A stretch of 63,960 nt of DNA, the filler included, from Basidiobolus ranarum (lineage: Eukaryota): assembly GCA_040143965.1 (NCBI GenBank). It is 3 parts of 3 records of this genome, joined end to end, with 100 filler letters (N's around TTAATTAATTAA, not from the genome) between each part and the next. Parts side by side here need not be neighbours in the genome. Positions count along the whole stretch, not along the records: positions 1 to 23,751 come from JASJQH010007037.1; 2 more parts are not named here. The stretch is one strand, 5' to 3'. Both the position numbers and the translations under genes were made by a program. Position 1 is the first letter of the stretch; every line of letters begins with the position of its first letter. Of the stretch, positions 1-13,236 are shown piece by piece. A model generated the notes under the pieces. It had not been told where the DNA came from. It did not search any database and saw nothing but the letters and a program-made list of their open reading frames with translations.

Positions 1-30
1 ACCGAAGTGCTGTGCTTGAATGGGCTACAT

Positions 31-1740
31 CTAAAAGTAGGGGTTCAGAAAACGCTCGATGCCTTGTCCAATCATTGAGATCGCCATTCCTGCAGCTATT
101 CCAAGCTCTGCCTTGAATATAACCGACACTGTGAATGTGGTGAACCATATTGCGAATTGATACCGGTGATATCTCCAATAACCAACGACCTCGTCCAGCT
201 TCAAAAATAGATTTTTACACGCCATTAAAGTTACTCCCGCTAAGACCACGTTGGGTAGATAATGAAAGACAAATGTAAAGCCCAACAGGATGAAGCAAAC
301 TACCATAGTTCCGATTAGCATGGCAATTTGGGATTTACCACCAGTTGAATGGACCACTGATGTTCGCGTTAATGAGCCACAACTGATGTAACCGGAGAAA
401 AAGCTGGCGATAGCAGTGGAAATTCCAAGTGCAAACATCTCTTGGTTTTCGTCTATCTGATAGTTACTCTTCTTTGAGAAACTTTTTGCTATTGACATGG
501 TCATCACGTAGGCAACGATGGCCAAAAGAATGGATTGATTTAGGTGATTGAAGAAATCTGAACCATCTCGGAAATTTACCGAATTAACCGTCATGGGAAA
601 CCCATTGGGGATGAATCCGATTATCGAAATCCCGTGCTTTTCTAAGCTGAAGAGCCATGTGACTGCCGTATAGAAGATGATTACTAAGAGAGTTTCCGGT
701 ATCGGTAACTTGATTCCGGAATTTGCCTTAGCTACATCTTTGTTGTTGGCCACTCGAGGTAGGGCAAAATGGGTATCTGTATCATCCATCAATGGTACTC
801 CTTCATCCTCAGCGACCACTTCCTCGCCCTTACTTCTTTGTAGCCATTGCTGGATGCTTGTCTCATAGCTCTTCAGCAATAGTATAGATACAATGACACC
901 CGACCCCAACAGGAAGGTAGGTAAGTGGGCTTCGTGGAGATGAGATATCATGTATCCCCAGGATTTAACCAAATTAAAGACACCAAAGTATTCCGGGACA
1001 TGGAATTGCAAGAGACCTGGCAACTGAGAAGTTGTGATATATATCGCTGCTGCGTTAGTAAACCCAGATATCAAAGAATCCGGTAGCAAATATTTGGAGA
1101 TATATCTTCCCACATTTAAAAAGCTAAATAATATCTGTAGCATTCCAACCAAAAAGGTGATTCTTAAAGTTGTGATAATGAATTCTTTCTCGTAGTCGTC
1201 CTCACGAGGGGTTCCAGATTTTTGTAATACATTGGCTACTGCTTCCCCCAACATCATACTTGTCAAAGCAAACGTTCCAGTAACCAAATGTCGACTCGTT
1301 CCGAATACAAAATAAAGGAACATCGGCGTAATGGATGAATACAAACCGTACACGGGTGGTAACTCTACAGTAAGTTTAGTAGGTAAATAAACTAAATTCT
1401 AGTCAAAACTGCTTTAACCAAGCAACTTACTCGCCAACATAGCATATGCCATGCTCTGAGGAATGACCACTGTAGAGTAGGCTGAAACAGTAAATACGAA
1501 AGAGTTAGTAAAACAACAAGGAAGTTCGAAATGACTTTTCTAACTTGAACTTGGAAACTAAGTTGAATAAATGCTTCCTTGAAATGACCAAAACTTACTT
1601 AATCCGGCTATTAAGTCATAGACAAAATCTCTTCTCCAATTATACTTTGGTAACCATTCGAACAGTGGTACCCAGCGTTGAATGTTAGAGCAAATAGCTT
1701 GCCATCTGTCAGAACTAGTATCCCTCCAACTTGTCATCAT
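31..1740 (-). CDS. SLC26/SulP-family anion (sulfate) transporter, ~508 aa, apparently lacking the C-terminal STAS domain
   Basis: Exons 1740-1599, 1481-1431, 1364-31 (GT-AG introns; 1527 nt in frame). The spliced protein reads WLPKY...[34 protein letters not shown]...GTSRH and later NQEMFALG and GSLTRT, all SLC26 hallmarks. Confidence 0.93.
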
Positions 1741-2657
1741 TTCTTAAAGTCAAAGATATGAAGTAAACTCAATAAGACAACTGAATACTCGACCTGTTTA
1801 ACTGTATGAATTGCAAGTCACCTGCACTGGAGTCGATGCCAAATGAGAAACAGTTTTCAAATCAACGTTTTACTATGTTTGAGTGCTCATATTGTAGCAG
1901 GTTTAATGCATCGATTACACCATTGATACATGATCTGATATACAAATAATTTAGAGCCACCACTGCCAATTGAGTAAGTTCATTGGCTGTGTGTGGTAAA
2001 TCTGGAGATATTATCCAAGTCTAAGCCTCTATCCTAGTTTTATCAAGTGAAGATAGTTGCAATGTCCACCAGATTAACTTATCAGGTGACTTAGTAGAGT
2101 AGATACTTTGCTCATATTTGAATGCATGGCTTATTTTCTAAACTACGACTTTCATTACTACTGATTCATAGGCTGCCAGCGCTATCACGTATTCCTTGAA
2201 TATACTAGGTATAAGAGATTTTATATATAAGATTGAAATGATTGAGGGCTTCAATGAAACGTACGAGAAATATTGAAAACAAGCTGAGCAGAGTCGTAGA
2301 AAGAGGAAATAATATCAACAAGAAAATAAAGGAAAATAAAATATTGTGGAGCCTAGCCTGGGAGTATAGAGATAGAAATAGAAACAGGAATGGCTTTACT
2401 AATGAGATTCTAGCAATCTTGGAAAATCTCGAAACAAAAAAGTGAATGGAGCATCATTATTAAACTTCTACAAACCAGTATAATTAACATACATTAATTG
2501 AATATTTCTCAAAATCGTTAAATCCTGCGAACACAACCGCCTGCATCAGATAAGCTGAAGCAAATGCCGGTGTATAAGTAGAAAGTTTGTGCAACTTCAT
2601 ACAAGGATCTCAACCATTGATTATAAGCACCTGATGTGTGTTAGGCATCACATTGTA

Positions 2658-4933
2658 CTATCGTATTGTTTGCGGTGGTTGATTCAGACTGTCCGACGAG
2701 GATGGTGGTGGAGGTGGCGGCTGATATAACACCGGCAGCTGTGAGTTCGGATATGGATAAGGTGGTTGAGGGCGTTGTTCCTGCGGAGGTGGGTAGGGCT
2801 GTGGGTGACCTCTATAGTGGGATGTATCATATTGTGGTTGATACGGAGTGGAGGCTTCTGGGTACCTGGGATACTCAGCTCTTGGGTACTCGCCAACGTT
2901 TGGAGTTGTATGGACCGGATTGTAACTTATACCATGGCTACCTGGATGGTAATTATAACTCCGATAATTAGGGTTAGGCTGTGCCATTGGCTGGTATTCA
3001 CTTGCCCTGCCATCCCAATACGCGGGTGGGCCAGTGGTAGTAGGACCATGGGCGGATGGATAACTAAGGTGGGCTTCGGAGCGGAAAGAGTCCTTGGAAG
3101 TCACAGCTTGATCAAGACCAGCTAAGATAGCAGTCGTTTTACTCAAAAGCATACTGAGATGAGAGACTTCTCTTTGCAGTTCCATTCGATGAACCTCCAA
3201 ATCCTGTTTGGTAATATTAGAAGATCCTTGGACTTCATGCGTAGGCAACAAGTGTGGGCTAGGCGATTGATAAGCAGGATGCGGATTGGGGGCATTCGCG
3301 CAATATTCAGTCGAAACTGGTTGTGGGTTAGGTTGTTGATTTACAGGTACATGCGTCGAAGGATGAGAATATCCTTGGTAATTCATCGGACTTGAGATTG
3401 TCCCCATGGAAATAGGTGGGAGATGAGGTCGTTGTTCATAAATTGGTGGCAGTGTAAAATTATGATTATTACTTCTAGCTGGGTGCTGTAGGGGAGCAGA
3501 TGAAGCAGTCACACGAGGGGAAGAGGAATTAGAATCCCGTATGGGCAATACTAATGATGGCGAAGGAGAAGAGAAAGACATAGGAGGAGTGGCGTGTGCT
3601 GATGAATGAGGGGATTTGGAGAAAACTTCACGATTTGTTTGTGGTGGCAAGGGTGTAGGGGATTTTTCAGGATGTGATGCAAAATGAGGTTCAGCTCGGA
3701 GATCGACAGAGGATGGCGACACTTCAGAATCCGAATGAAGAGTCGTATTGCTTTTAGAAGTACCAACAGTGTCAGTCGGAGTGATTTTCTGGCCACTTGC
3801 TACTTGGGGTTCCGTAAAGCGACGTTGTTTTCGTTTTGGCTTACATTCACCCTCGTGACTGCTTATTTTATTAGACATGCGCTTACGTTCAGGGGGCCTT
3901 TTTGACATAGGTTTACCATAATCCTCAAGAGCTGGCACGTAACCAGCCTTCATAACATTTTGCCGACAAAGATCATGATTACAACTGTTTGGGTCGTGAT
4001 CGTGATGATTATTGTGATTATCGTGGTCATTATTAGAGGCTACGCTCTGCTCCTCTATATGAACCTTTTTTGGAGAACTAGATGAGCTTTTAACTAACTC
4101 TCGTCCATGAGAACTTTCACTGACACTTTTCTCGTCTTCACTGACATCGTCTTCGCTAATATCTCTATCATCTGCGTGTATGGAGCCGTTTGCCATACGC
4201 TTACGTCTTTTGATGATAGATCGTTTCATACTGACAGGCCTATGTCTGCCATGAAGTTTATGATATAATCCTAACATAAAAAAGTATGTGTCAGAAAATA
4301 AATATTAACCAGTGTAGTAATTACAAGGTTGTAACTTACCACAAGCATTACAGATGGTTGCGCCAGCTTCGTCTCGACGCCATAAAGGAGTGGTTGTTGT
4401 ACCACAGTTAGCGCAGACAAGCGACTGCCGATTGATCTGGTGTTGATTAAAGGCGGGACAGCCACTACAGGATTTCGATCCACCAGTTCCATTGCAATGG
4501 CCATCTCCAGGACAAGTGCCCGATTCCTCAGAGGTGCATGGAGTCTTTTTGGCAGCATTGCGTTTCAGCCAATGTGGGCGTACAGCTTTACGAGCTTTCA
4601 TGTACAATCCTAATAGTTTGAAAAAGATAATAAAAATCAGCTTCAAAAACCTTACGGCTCTTCTAGTTCCTTTATCAACATACCACAAGCGTTACAAATA
4701 GTGTCGCCATTGGGTGCTCTTCTCCATAGCGGCGTAGTGGTAGTACCACAGTTGGCACAAACTGTGGCAGAAACACCACCAGTATCGACCGGCTTCTTTG
4801 CTTTAGCAGGTTTTGAAGGTGAAACGGATCTTGCACAAGAAGGGGCAGGACTATTCCCCTCTTCACCATTCTCCTCACGTTCCTGATTATTAGATGAACT
4901 TGTCGGTTCGGTGGTAACAGCAGTGATAGCCAT
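2658..4933 (-). CDS. sreA: Iron-responsive GATA repressor of the SreA/Fep1/Urbs1/Sfu1 type, ~710 aa
   Basis: Exons 4933-4684, 4609-4340, 4270-2658 (2133 nt). Two GATA fingers ([14 protein letters not shown]...CNACGLY) flank the Cys-rich iron-sensing segment [22 protein letters not shown]-terminal coiled coil ([22 protein letters not shown]) follows. Confidence 0.9.
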
Positions 4934-7832
4934 AGTAAATATAGAAGGTGTGAAAGTGTAAATAAAAATATAGATTAAACTAAAATAATTTCGAAACTGA
5001 GATATTTCTCAGGTTTAATTCATTGAATTCAGATAGTCACTATTCCGCGAACTTATCAAAGGCAAACTTTAACTGAACAAAGTGCTTGCTAGAGGTTTAA
5101 AAATGGGTAAAATATTTGAAATAGAATCAAATAAGAAATATAAAACTAAAGTATGTATTTATGTATGTGTGAGAGCGTGTGTACAAGTATCTGAGAAACG
5201 AAACTAGAATTCCACCAGCAGAGAGAGTGAGGAACTAATAAAAGACGATTGGATTTTTCTACCTCTCGGTCTTTTCCATTCAGTTTCAGTGATCAAGAGG
5301 ATCCCATAAATCCCCAACTGGAACTCCATCTTGTTTATTGGCTAGAAAGCCATTCGCAATATTTGTCGATAATATCAGAAACAGAAGGACAGACAAAATA
5401 AGGCCCCAAAACCAGTATTAGGCCCTATTTATACTCCCAATCCAATTGAGTGGAGTACAAAACGTTGACTGCTCATTTTCTGTACTTATATGGCAGTTGA
5501 CCAGCCGCAATCAATAGGATATTAGCCACATCTACATGCTTTGTACAATCCATTGGTGCTGTAGTAGTGGATTTCATTTAATACCGAAGCCAGCAAGCTT
5601 TTGAAAGAGCAAGAACAGAGTAAGCAATTATTTGTTGCCGATGTACCCTGGGTAATCTCAGCGCTTCTTGTTCCAACGACAAACGACACGGCCCAGGGAC
5701 GGTAGAAGAGCCGTCATAAATGCTCCCGACTGTAGGCGCACACAATAAAGAGCCCCCTTCTGATCAGGACAGCTCTATTCGTGGCTTGTTATTGAGAAAA
5801 TATCTGCAAGGAGCATGGTGCATGGAATCCTGATCGTATAGAATGCCAGTTTGTTGGTGTCCTTTCAGCATTTGGAGCGTCTTCTATGCTTAGGTGCTCA
5901 AGCAGCGCTGATGGTGACAAATGAACTAGATGATGGTTGATAGGTGATTGGTGGCTGATCCGATCTTCTTGACAGCTGATAGGATCTCATCTATTTATAA
6001 GCATGATAGAGTGCTGTGGCATTCTTACAAACAAAGCGTACAAAACCGTCCCTGGTGTGTGGCCTGGTTGATAAACCTTTATGACTAAGTGCGAGTAGAA
6101 GTCAAGCCATTAAATGCACCAATCACCTCTTCCGTATTGTTCAGAACGAGCACACCATACTCCTCGTAAAGCTAGCTATTACAAGCTGTTGTCTGATCAA
6201 CTGCAACAGAAAGGCAACTTTGGTTGCTAACCAAATAGCCTAATCAATGGAATTGCACCTAGTTCGTAGGTCTGCCACACATAGGTAATCCACAGCTAAT
6301 GCCAACCAATACATCGCCATGGGCCACCACTGAAACACCATTCCATTCTGATTAATTGGTGCGAGTAGATTGATGGTGTCTGGTATTGCGCAATACTAAA
6401 TGTCGATTCTGTCAATCTCTGGTAATTCAATACAGTTCAACGCATTACATCGCCACCAGGAACTCCAATACAGACAGCCATTATCTAGAAGGTAGGTTAC
6501 GGCTGTAATCCTATTCTTGTGGTCATCAGACTCCATGGCATTGAGCCAGTCATCTAGATCCGCGACATAGCTTTTCATATACGCTCTTAGTGAAATGTGC
6601 AATCCTCCTTGTCTGTATATAATAGGCTTCTTGGATGATCATACTGTGGATTCTTGAGAAAGCCACTAGAGTCAATCAGATTAGAGCATAGTAAATTAAT
6701 CTTTCCTAATTCTTGAGTGTGATTCCATCCACTAGACGTGAAACCCCAATCTTGAGAATCAATACTAATTGTCGGATATCTGTGGTCATGTGTTGAGCCC
6801 ACTTTGGAAGGAGTTGCTATGTATATTTGCATCTAGGCGCCGCAGGCGTTGATAATCCGTTGGCTAAAAGGGCAGATACTAGCAAGGTGGGTATTTGATA
6901 TTTCAAGTGTCTTGAACTACTCCCGGTCTACCACCGAGCAGTATAATTTCTCTAGAACTACACTTTTGAGATTGTTACATTGCATGCAGTATCACGCTTA
7001 CTGAAGTGCGTGTCTTTTAGTGCTAGTAAAGCAACTAGATGCCTCGACTGAGATCCTTGATATGGAATGAAAGATGTTGCGCTAAACGCATCCTTCATAC
7101 TTTGAGACCCGAGAGTACCCAGGATGTAACAGCAACATTTCTAGACAAGGGTATACACCATCACCATCACATACATATCAATAGGTAGAATAAGAAGCCT
7201 GATTTGAAAGACGAGGTTTAACACTGGAAAATCAGTATCTCCATTCAGAATCTTAAATTTCACTTCACTGGATCAAGAAGCCTATCTTGAATAGCCGATA
7301 AGCTGCCTACTCCTCGTTTTTGGCATTTCTAAATATGGGCAACTTTTCCGTCTACACAAAATTTAGCTATGCTGCTACTTCACTACCAAACAGCCATAAC
7401 TCGCTAGAATCGAATCCTGATCGAGGTGGTATTCTTACGAAATCATGGTTGAGTCAAATAGTTTTAATTAGTTGGTTATTTAAATGCAAGATGTACTTTT
7501 ACTGCAATGATCTAGAGGGTGTATGATGCTAACTACAATACGTAATTTAACAATCTTACTCGTGGTGCCACCAGTGAGTTTTATTGTATTCAGAATGGCT
7601 GAGTATATAATACATTATAATTCTGTACTTTATATACCCCCCCTTTCAATTTACATAAACGAGCATTGGCATTCTATATGGAACTGCGGCGAAATTTCCC
7701 ACAGGCTGTTCATTCTTTATATATTGAAGTTAATATATTACTCTTAACAAATAAAAATTGAGTATAAAGAGGTTACTCAATACCTAAGCAACTATAACTC
7801 TTGACCAGAAGATAATATTTTTGGACTGTATT

Positions 7833-8840
7833 ATGTCAGGAAGTCCTGTTTTTGGATTCTTAGAACAACATAAAGTCACAAGTAGTCATTTGAAGCAAAC
7901 TGCTCTGAAGAACGAAATGACCAAAGAACTTTTCATCTCCCGTACCCCTTCACCCTCCCCAGAGCCGCTACCATCTCCTTCGAAAGTACCCAATTTTTAT
8001 TTTGACGACGTTGCTATTAAGTCACCCAATAGAAGAGAGAATCAGGTAGAAGCCCAGCAACTCATGAAGAAAAGAAGTCCCTCTGAGACCACATTCCAAG
8101 TTAAAGGTGTATTAGCAACAAAACATTCCTATAGAAAACTAGAAAAAGACCATTCCAACCAAGTGGTAGATTCTATACGTAATTTCTGCTCAACACCAAA
8201 GAAAAGTCCTAACAAGTCGACGATAAATTTGCCTAAGCTTCGAAACTACAACCAGGATTGGGCCAAAACCCCCAAACACATAGCAGTATCAGCACTATTA
8301 GGTGCTGTTCGCAGCCCAAGGAATAACTTACCCCAAGCTGTCGAAGAAATCTCAGTCACTAGTAGTGAAGAGGAGAACTCGCTAGCCGAATATGCAAAAG
8401 ACAGACTGGTTTCACCTGAAAAGGTACGAAAGAAAAAACCTGGTATTGGTGAGTGCTATAACACAATTGGAATACACCAGTATAGAGAGATTTTCTTACA
8501 TGAATGTTTCTTTATTTAGTTTTTCAAAGTCCTACTAAACTTCCCTTACACATGGGAACTCCAGTGAAGTTGAGCAACACATCTAAGAAAGCAGGTATGC
8601 TTACTGTGATTTTAAGTTCATATTGATGAAACTTTAATGATGTTCGTACTAATAATAGGTTGTAAACCTTCATTCACTTTAGCATCTTCCAAGCCAGTCT
8701 TGCGCCCTTCTAACTCTCCTACAGCCAATGATATACCTTTAATGGGGTCAACCCAAAGAAGACTAGAGCGCCACAAAGTATCAAAACGACGTAGTCAATC
8801 TTCAGGAAGTAAGATTCGGTTAAATCTGTCACCAAAATAG
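7833..8840 (+). CDS. Hypothetical Ser/Pro/Lys-rich, probably disordered protein, ~290 aa, with many CDK consensus sites
   Basis: Exons 7833-8448, 8520-8594, 8659-8840 join in frame (873 nt) through GTGAGT..TAG and GTATGC..TAG introns. No recognisable folded domain. Confidence 0.7.
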
Positions 8841-11059
8841 GTTCACGAAAGTGATATGGCCTTTAGTGTAACATATGTAGTTACACAATAAGGAAGCTCA
8901 AGGCTTTACATATATGACTCACAAAATAGGCAGGTGCGTGAGCATTCTAGTCATGCATTTGCTATCTAAATGTGTTTTATTCACTACTGAGCCTGTACAT
9001 GTTTAATATGACACTGCCCTCGGCGAAGCCTCCTCTGCACTGTAATCATATTTAAATCATGTCCCCATAATCCTGCGTAGTCCTTATATGAATTCTCATT
9101 CATTCAATCCATGCTTTTCTCTAGATACAGTAGTGATCAGTAATACCATTATAGGCACATAAAGTTCAGCATACAGTGCTCGTGATGAAGGACACATCGA
9201 CCCAATTTGTGACAATCATTCTAGGCGATGTGCTCTCTAGTTTATCTTTAGCAGGTTATGAAGTTGCTCAGCAAGCTTTTAATAGTAATCTCGATGAGAT
9301 ACTGAGATCAAAGAAGCATGAACAAGCTGATCTGTTGTCTGGCTAACATACTACAATTAACGCCAGTTCAATTTATGGAGTTATGAGTGGTGCGAGGCGT
9401 GGAGCGTGAATAATGTGTCTTAGTATCATCTGAACCCAATATATAGAAAAGTAGTAGGTCACTTTGAGGACAGTAATCTCGATGCTGTGACTTGAAATGG
9501 TTTCAGATGGCAGAAACATGGTAGCATGCTCAGTTTTGGTAACGTATCAGTCGCTACTTGGTTCATCGCCCATGTCAAACCTCTAAGTTATCTGACCCAA
9601 GGGTTTGACAAGAAAAGGGATGGTCCAATCCTTGGGAAGTAGTGGTGGCAGTCTGTAACATGCCTAACTGAGGAGTGACTCAGTTCTCTTTTCACTAGAC
9701 TTGCTGTCGATTATCAGCTGACATGGAAATCAGATATGGCTAATCGTGCATGGAAGCGAGTTGTTTGCGGATATCATCCTGATACGGGCTACGAGCAGCA
9801 CCAAGTGACCTCTGAAAGCCAATAGTCAGATCCCTTGCCAGGGATCTATCAAATACAGACGCAGAATCTAGCAAGCGAAGCATCTACGCCTGCTGGTGCA
9901 GTGACCAAAGTTGCTAGGTCACAATCCCCTATAAACATTGCACTGAGTGGGAGCGACGCTGTTGCAGATTTAGGAGGTAGCCCCTACTCTGGTGAATCAT
10001 GCAAACGTGACCAGCAAGGGCGCTCCCTGATTCGTCAGACAATCAGCACAGCACCAAGAGTTATCCTGTGATTCGACAATAGCCAATATATTCTAGCACA
10101 GCTGATCCCAAGAAACTGCTAGTGAATGTCATCCGGCGCCTCTGTCAATCACTTGGTTAAAATCTGCAGAAATCATGCAAATCAGACTAGCTCTGTTTGA
10201 CTAAATGATATTGCAATGAGTAGGATGTTGCCAGTGACATACAGTGGTGGGTGCTATGATGACGTGATCTGACTCTTGTGCACTTCATTTATTTGTATAT
10301 TTGTACACCAATTGGGCCAGATCCGGTATTGGTATTCAGTTGGTAGTGCACGGTTCTGAAAAATCGAGCATCGCTGCAGTTAGATTCGTGTGTGCCGTTA
10401 TGTTATGTGGCCGTATAGGTGTAGACGAGTGAATTTTTTAACACGTTATTGCTTATGACTATGCTCTTGACGACGATGTACGCAATAGTCATTCCAGAGA
10501 AGTGATTTAATTGAGTATGGAGAGTTAAAAACTTTTGGAAACCAAATGGCACGGGTTTTGAGAATTGTCAGGCACCGCTCTACTAATAATAATCTCAAAC
10601 CATTCCATTTCGCACCCCTAGATGTGACCTATCTTGGTTCTCACCTAAACTATTGTTCTTTCCAGACTTCTCTACCCTATCTCACCCTTTTCTAACTTCG
10701 CTTGTTCATCCTCTCACTTTTTATCTCGAACATCCTATCTTTTCCCATTACTCTTATCTGAGTTTGACTCTGACAAACGTTGTTGGCCATACACTCTGTT
10801 CACTAACCTTATCAGAGATAATATCATAAAGGCGTAGTTCAAGTATACTCATTTCCCATACGCCCAGAACTAAATTCAGCACCTTTAGCTTGTTTTCTGG
10901 TGGTATTTTGACTTCCCTGCACAATAACTCATTAGCCTTAAATATATATCTATATACCTCTACCTTTGGACTTACCACAAAACTCTTGAGGTACGAGCAG
11001 AGTACCAAATTTCTATTTACTAAGTACCTGGTATTAGAATACGTTTTATATCAGCTCCA

Positions 11060-13236
11060 ATGATGGGCATACCAGAAACCGGCCAGAGTTGTGATAGCAA
11101 TGGGTATTCGAAGTCCAAGAGGAATGGCTTTAATGGAAGTAAGCCTGAAGTGCTGCCAGAAAGTACTGACTTGCTCAATAATCAGTATAACTATCTTTTG
11201 GATAGTTCAACTTTTAATCATGGCCACCGAAAGGATTCTCAAAATGATTTGTCTGCTGAAACTAGTCTAAATACCTCCAACAATGGTCACCACATAGAGA
11301 CCACACAAAGAAGTAATGGAGGGAGAGACTTAGATTCTCCTTCCTCCCCAAGAAATGCGCGGAATTCCTCCTCGACCCTACAGGTTAAGATTAGACCTTC
11401 CCCTATGTCTATTACAGAACTCTGCAATAATGAAGAGATCGATTCCAAAGAAGTGGATGAGAAAGACCTTGCTGTACAAATAGCTGCTCAAGCTCTTGAT
11501 GACATGAGAACTATGGGCGCTACTTACTCTGACTCGAGTAATACTCACAGTAAGTTAATGAGACACTGATTCAACTTTCTTATGTTTATCAAATAATATT
11601 CTGAAACAGGTGTTGCCAGCCCAACTACCTCCGAAGGAGAATACGCCTCCATGAGCGAAGTAACATCAAATAATGAGCATTTCATTTCACGTGTGAGCAA
11701 CATCCCTCTGGTCAATACAGCCCTTAGATTCTACGAACAAACCAAAGCGAATTCGCGAGTGGTTAAGGTTTGGTGACAATCTATCTGATTAACATTTAAT
11801 GGTGAAACTTATGTTTTCTTCTTTCCACTCCATCAATACGTGGATTAGTATGGCGTTGAAACAGTCGAAAGTAGTGTCAAAAGTATTTGTCAGCCAATGA
11901 TAAACAAAATCGAACCTCATCTAGGTCACCTTGAGGAATTTGCCTGTCGACAGCTTGATACGGTATGGAAGAATGTATTATACTAATAGTGAAGCGGGAC
12001 ATATACACTGTATCTCAAGATGGAACCAATGTAAGCAGTATATTCACTAACATTCATTTATTAAGCTGGAGAAACGGTACCCGACATGGATGGGGCAAGG
12101 ATACCCAAATGCAAAGATAGGTGATGAGTTGGAGAGTTTTCACTCAGATGGCGTATCGAGTTCTCGCCAGGAAAGTAAGTTTAACTCTGATACACGCCGA
12201 AGAGTGCGACGAAGAGAAGAAGTCGATGAGGAAGAGAATAAAGATCCGTCACACAAACGTACGTGATATTTGAATCATAGAAGCTTATATACATAATCTA
12301 AATTTAGTAACAATCCCCCAGAGCGCAATTCGTCTAGCAACGATTCGAATGCAACCAACAATTCTGCTTTACAACCAGTTGCTACTGCTGTTCAACCACG
12401 TAGTCGTTGGGAGCAATACCTTGTAGAAGCTTCTACTGCCGCTGGAGCCGGAGCTGCTGTATTTAGTGAAGAAAGTATGAAGGCACTTAAATATTGCCTT
12501 CAATGGCTTCAGGTATGATCTTTATATAGAAAGACACTAGGATTACACTAATCGACCGCTTTCCTCCAGTTCGCGTCCCACAACATTGACGCTCAAATTG
12601 GATTGTTAAGAGAGTTTCTACTACAGTTATCTCAGCCAGCTTCTAATTCAACCGCCATAGCAGTGGCCTCTCCTTCTACTCTATCCTCTATTAAGCGGGA
12701 AGTGATTGAGACGTTAAGGAAAGTAGTTGATGTTGTCGGTAGATATGCTGGTGCTTGTTTGCCCGGAGAAGCTAGAAATCGTGTTCGTGACTTTATTTTG
12801 AACCTTCCTGGTCGATGGGTAAACATCTTTATTCTTTGTAGACAGCTGCTACGTACATGTTTTATTAACTCGTACCTTTGATATTTTGGACTAACAGGCT
12901 ACAATCAACATGCATAGCTCCACCCCTTCTCCCGCTTCCTCACCACTCCTTACTCCCACCTCCCCAAGTGTTCATCCATCTCAAAGCATGTCTGAATCAG
13001 CACGTCGAATACTAACTCTGGCTACTGAGTCATTGTTGATGTTACAAAGTGTAGCTGGAATATTCAAAGACAGCGTCGAGCGTGCTGAATCATGGGTCGA
13101 CAGATTACGTAGTATGGGTATGTCTCCAACTGTTACCAACGGAGAGGATCAAAGGTTCCTACCATCTTCGGATCAGTCGCATCCAGATCAAATGGCAGTT
13201 GATGAGAATGAACAAGACCGAATGGATGTTGAATGA
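11060..13236 (+). CDS. Opi1-family transcriptional regulator (phospholipid/lipid metabolism), ~577 aa
   Basis: Exons 11060-11549, 11610-11767, 11849-11962, 12066-12258, 12322-12512, 12570-12818, 12898-13236 (1734 nt, in frame). Opi1 blocks: AAQALDDMR; FISRVSNIPLVNTALRFYEQTK..SRVVKYG; FACRQLD; SEESMKALKYCLQWLQ; LPGEARNRVRDFILNLPGRW. Confidence 0.88.

Noticed and set aside
2666..3905. Several 70-120 aa ORFs antisense to or overlapping the GATA gene, and similar ones over the ABC, Tos4, Pirh2 and Nup133 genes
   Set aside because: Shadow ORFs of real coding sequence, mostly non-ATG starts, with no recognisable motifs.
6383..6396. Perfect 14-bp palindrome GTATTGCGCAATAC (bZIP-like core)
   Set aside because: A few palindromes of this length are expected by chance in 64 kb; no other support.
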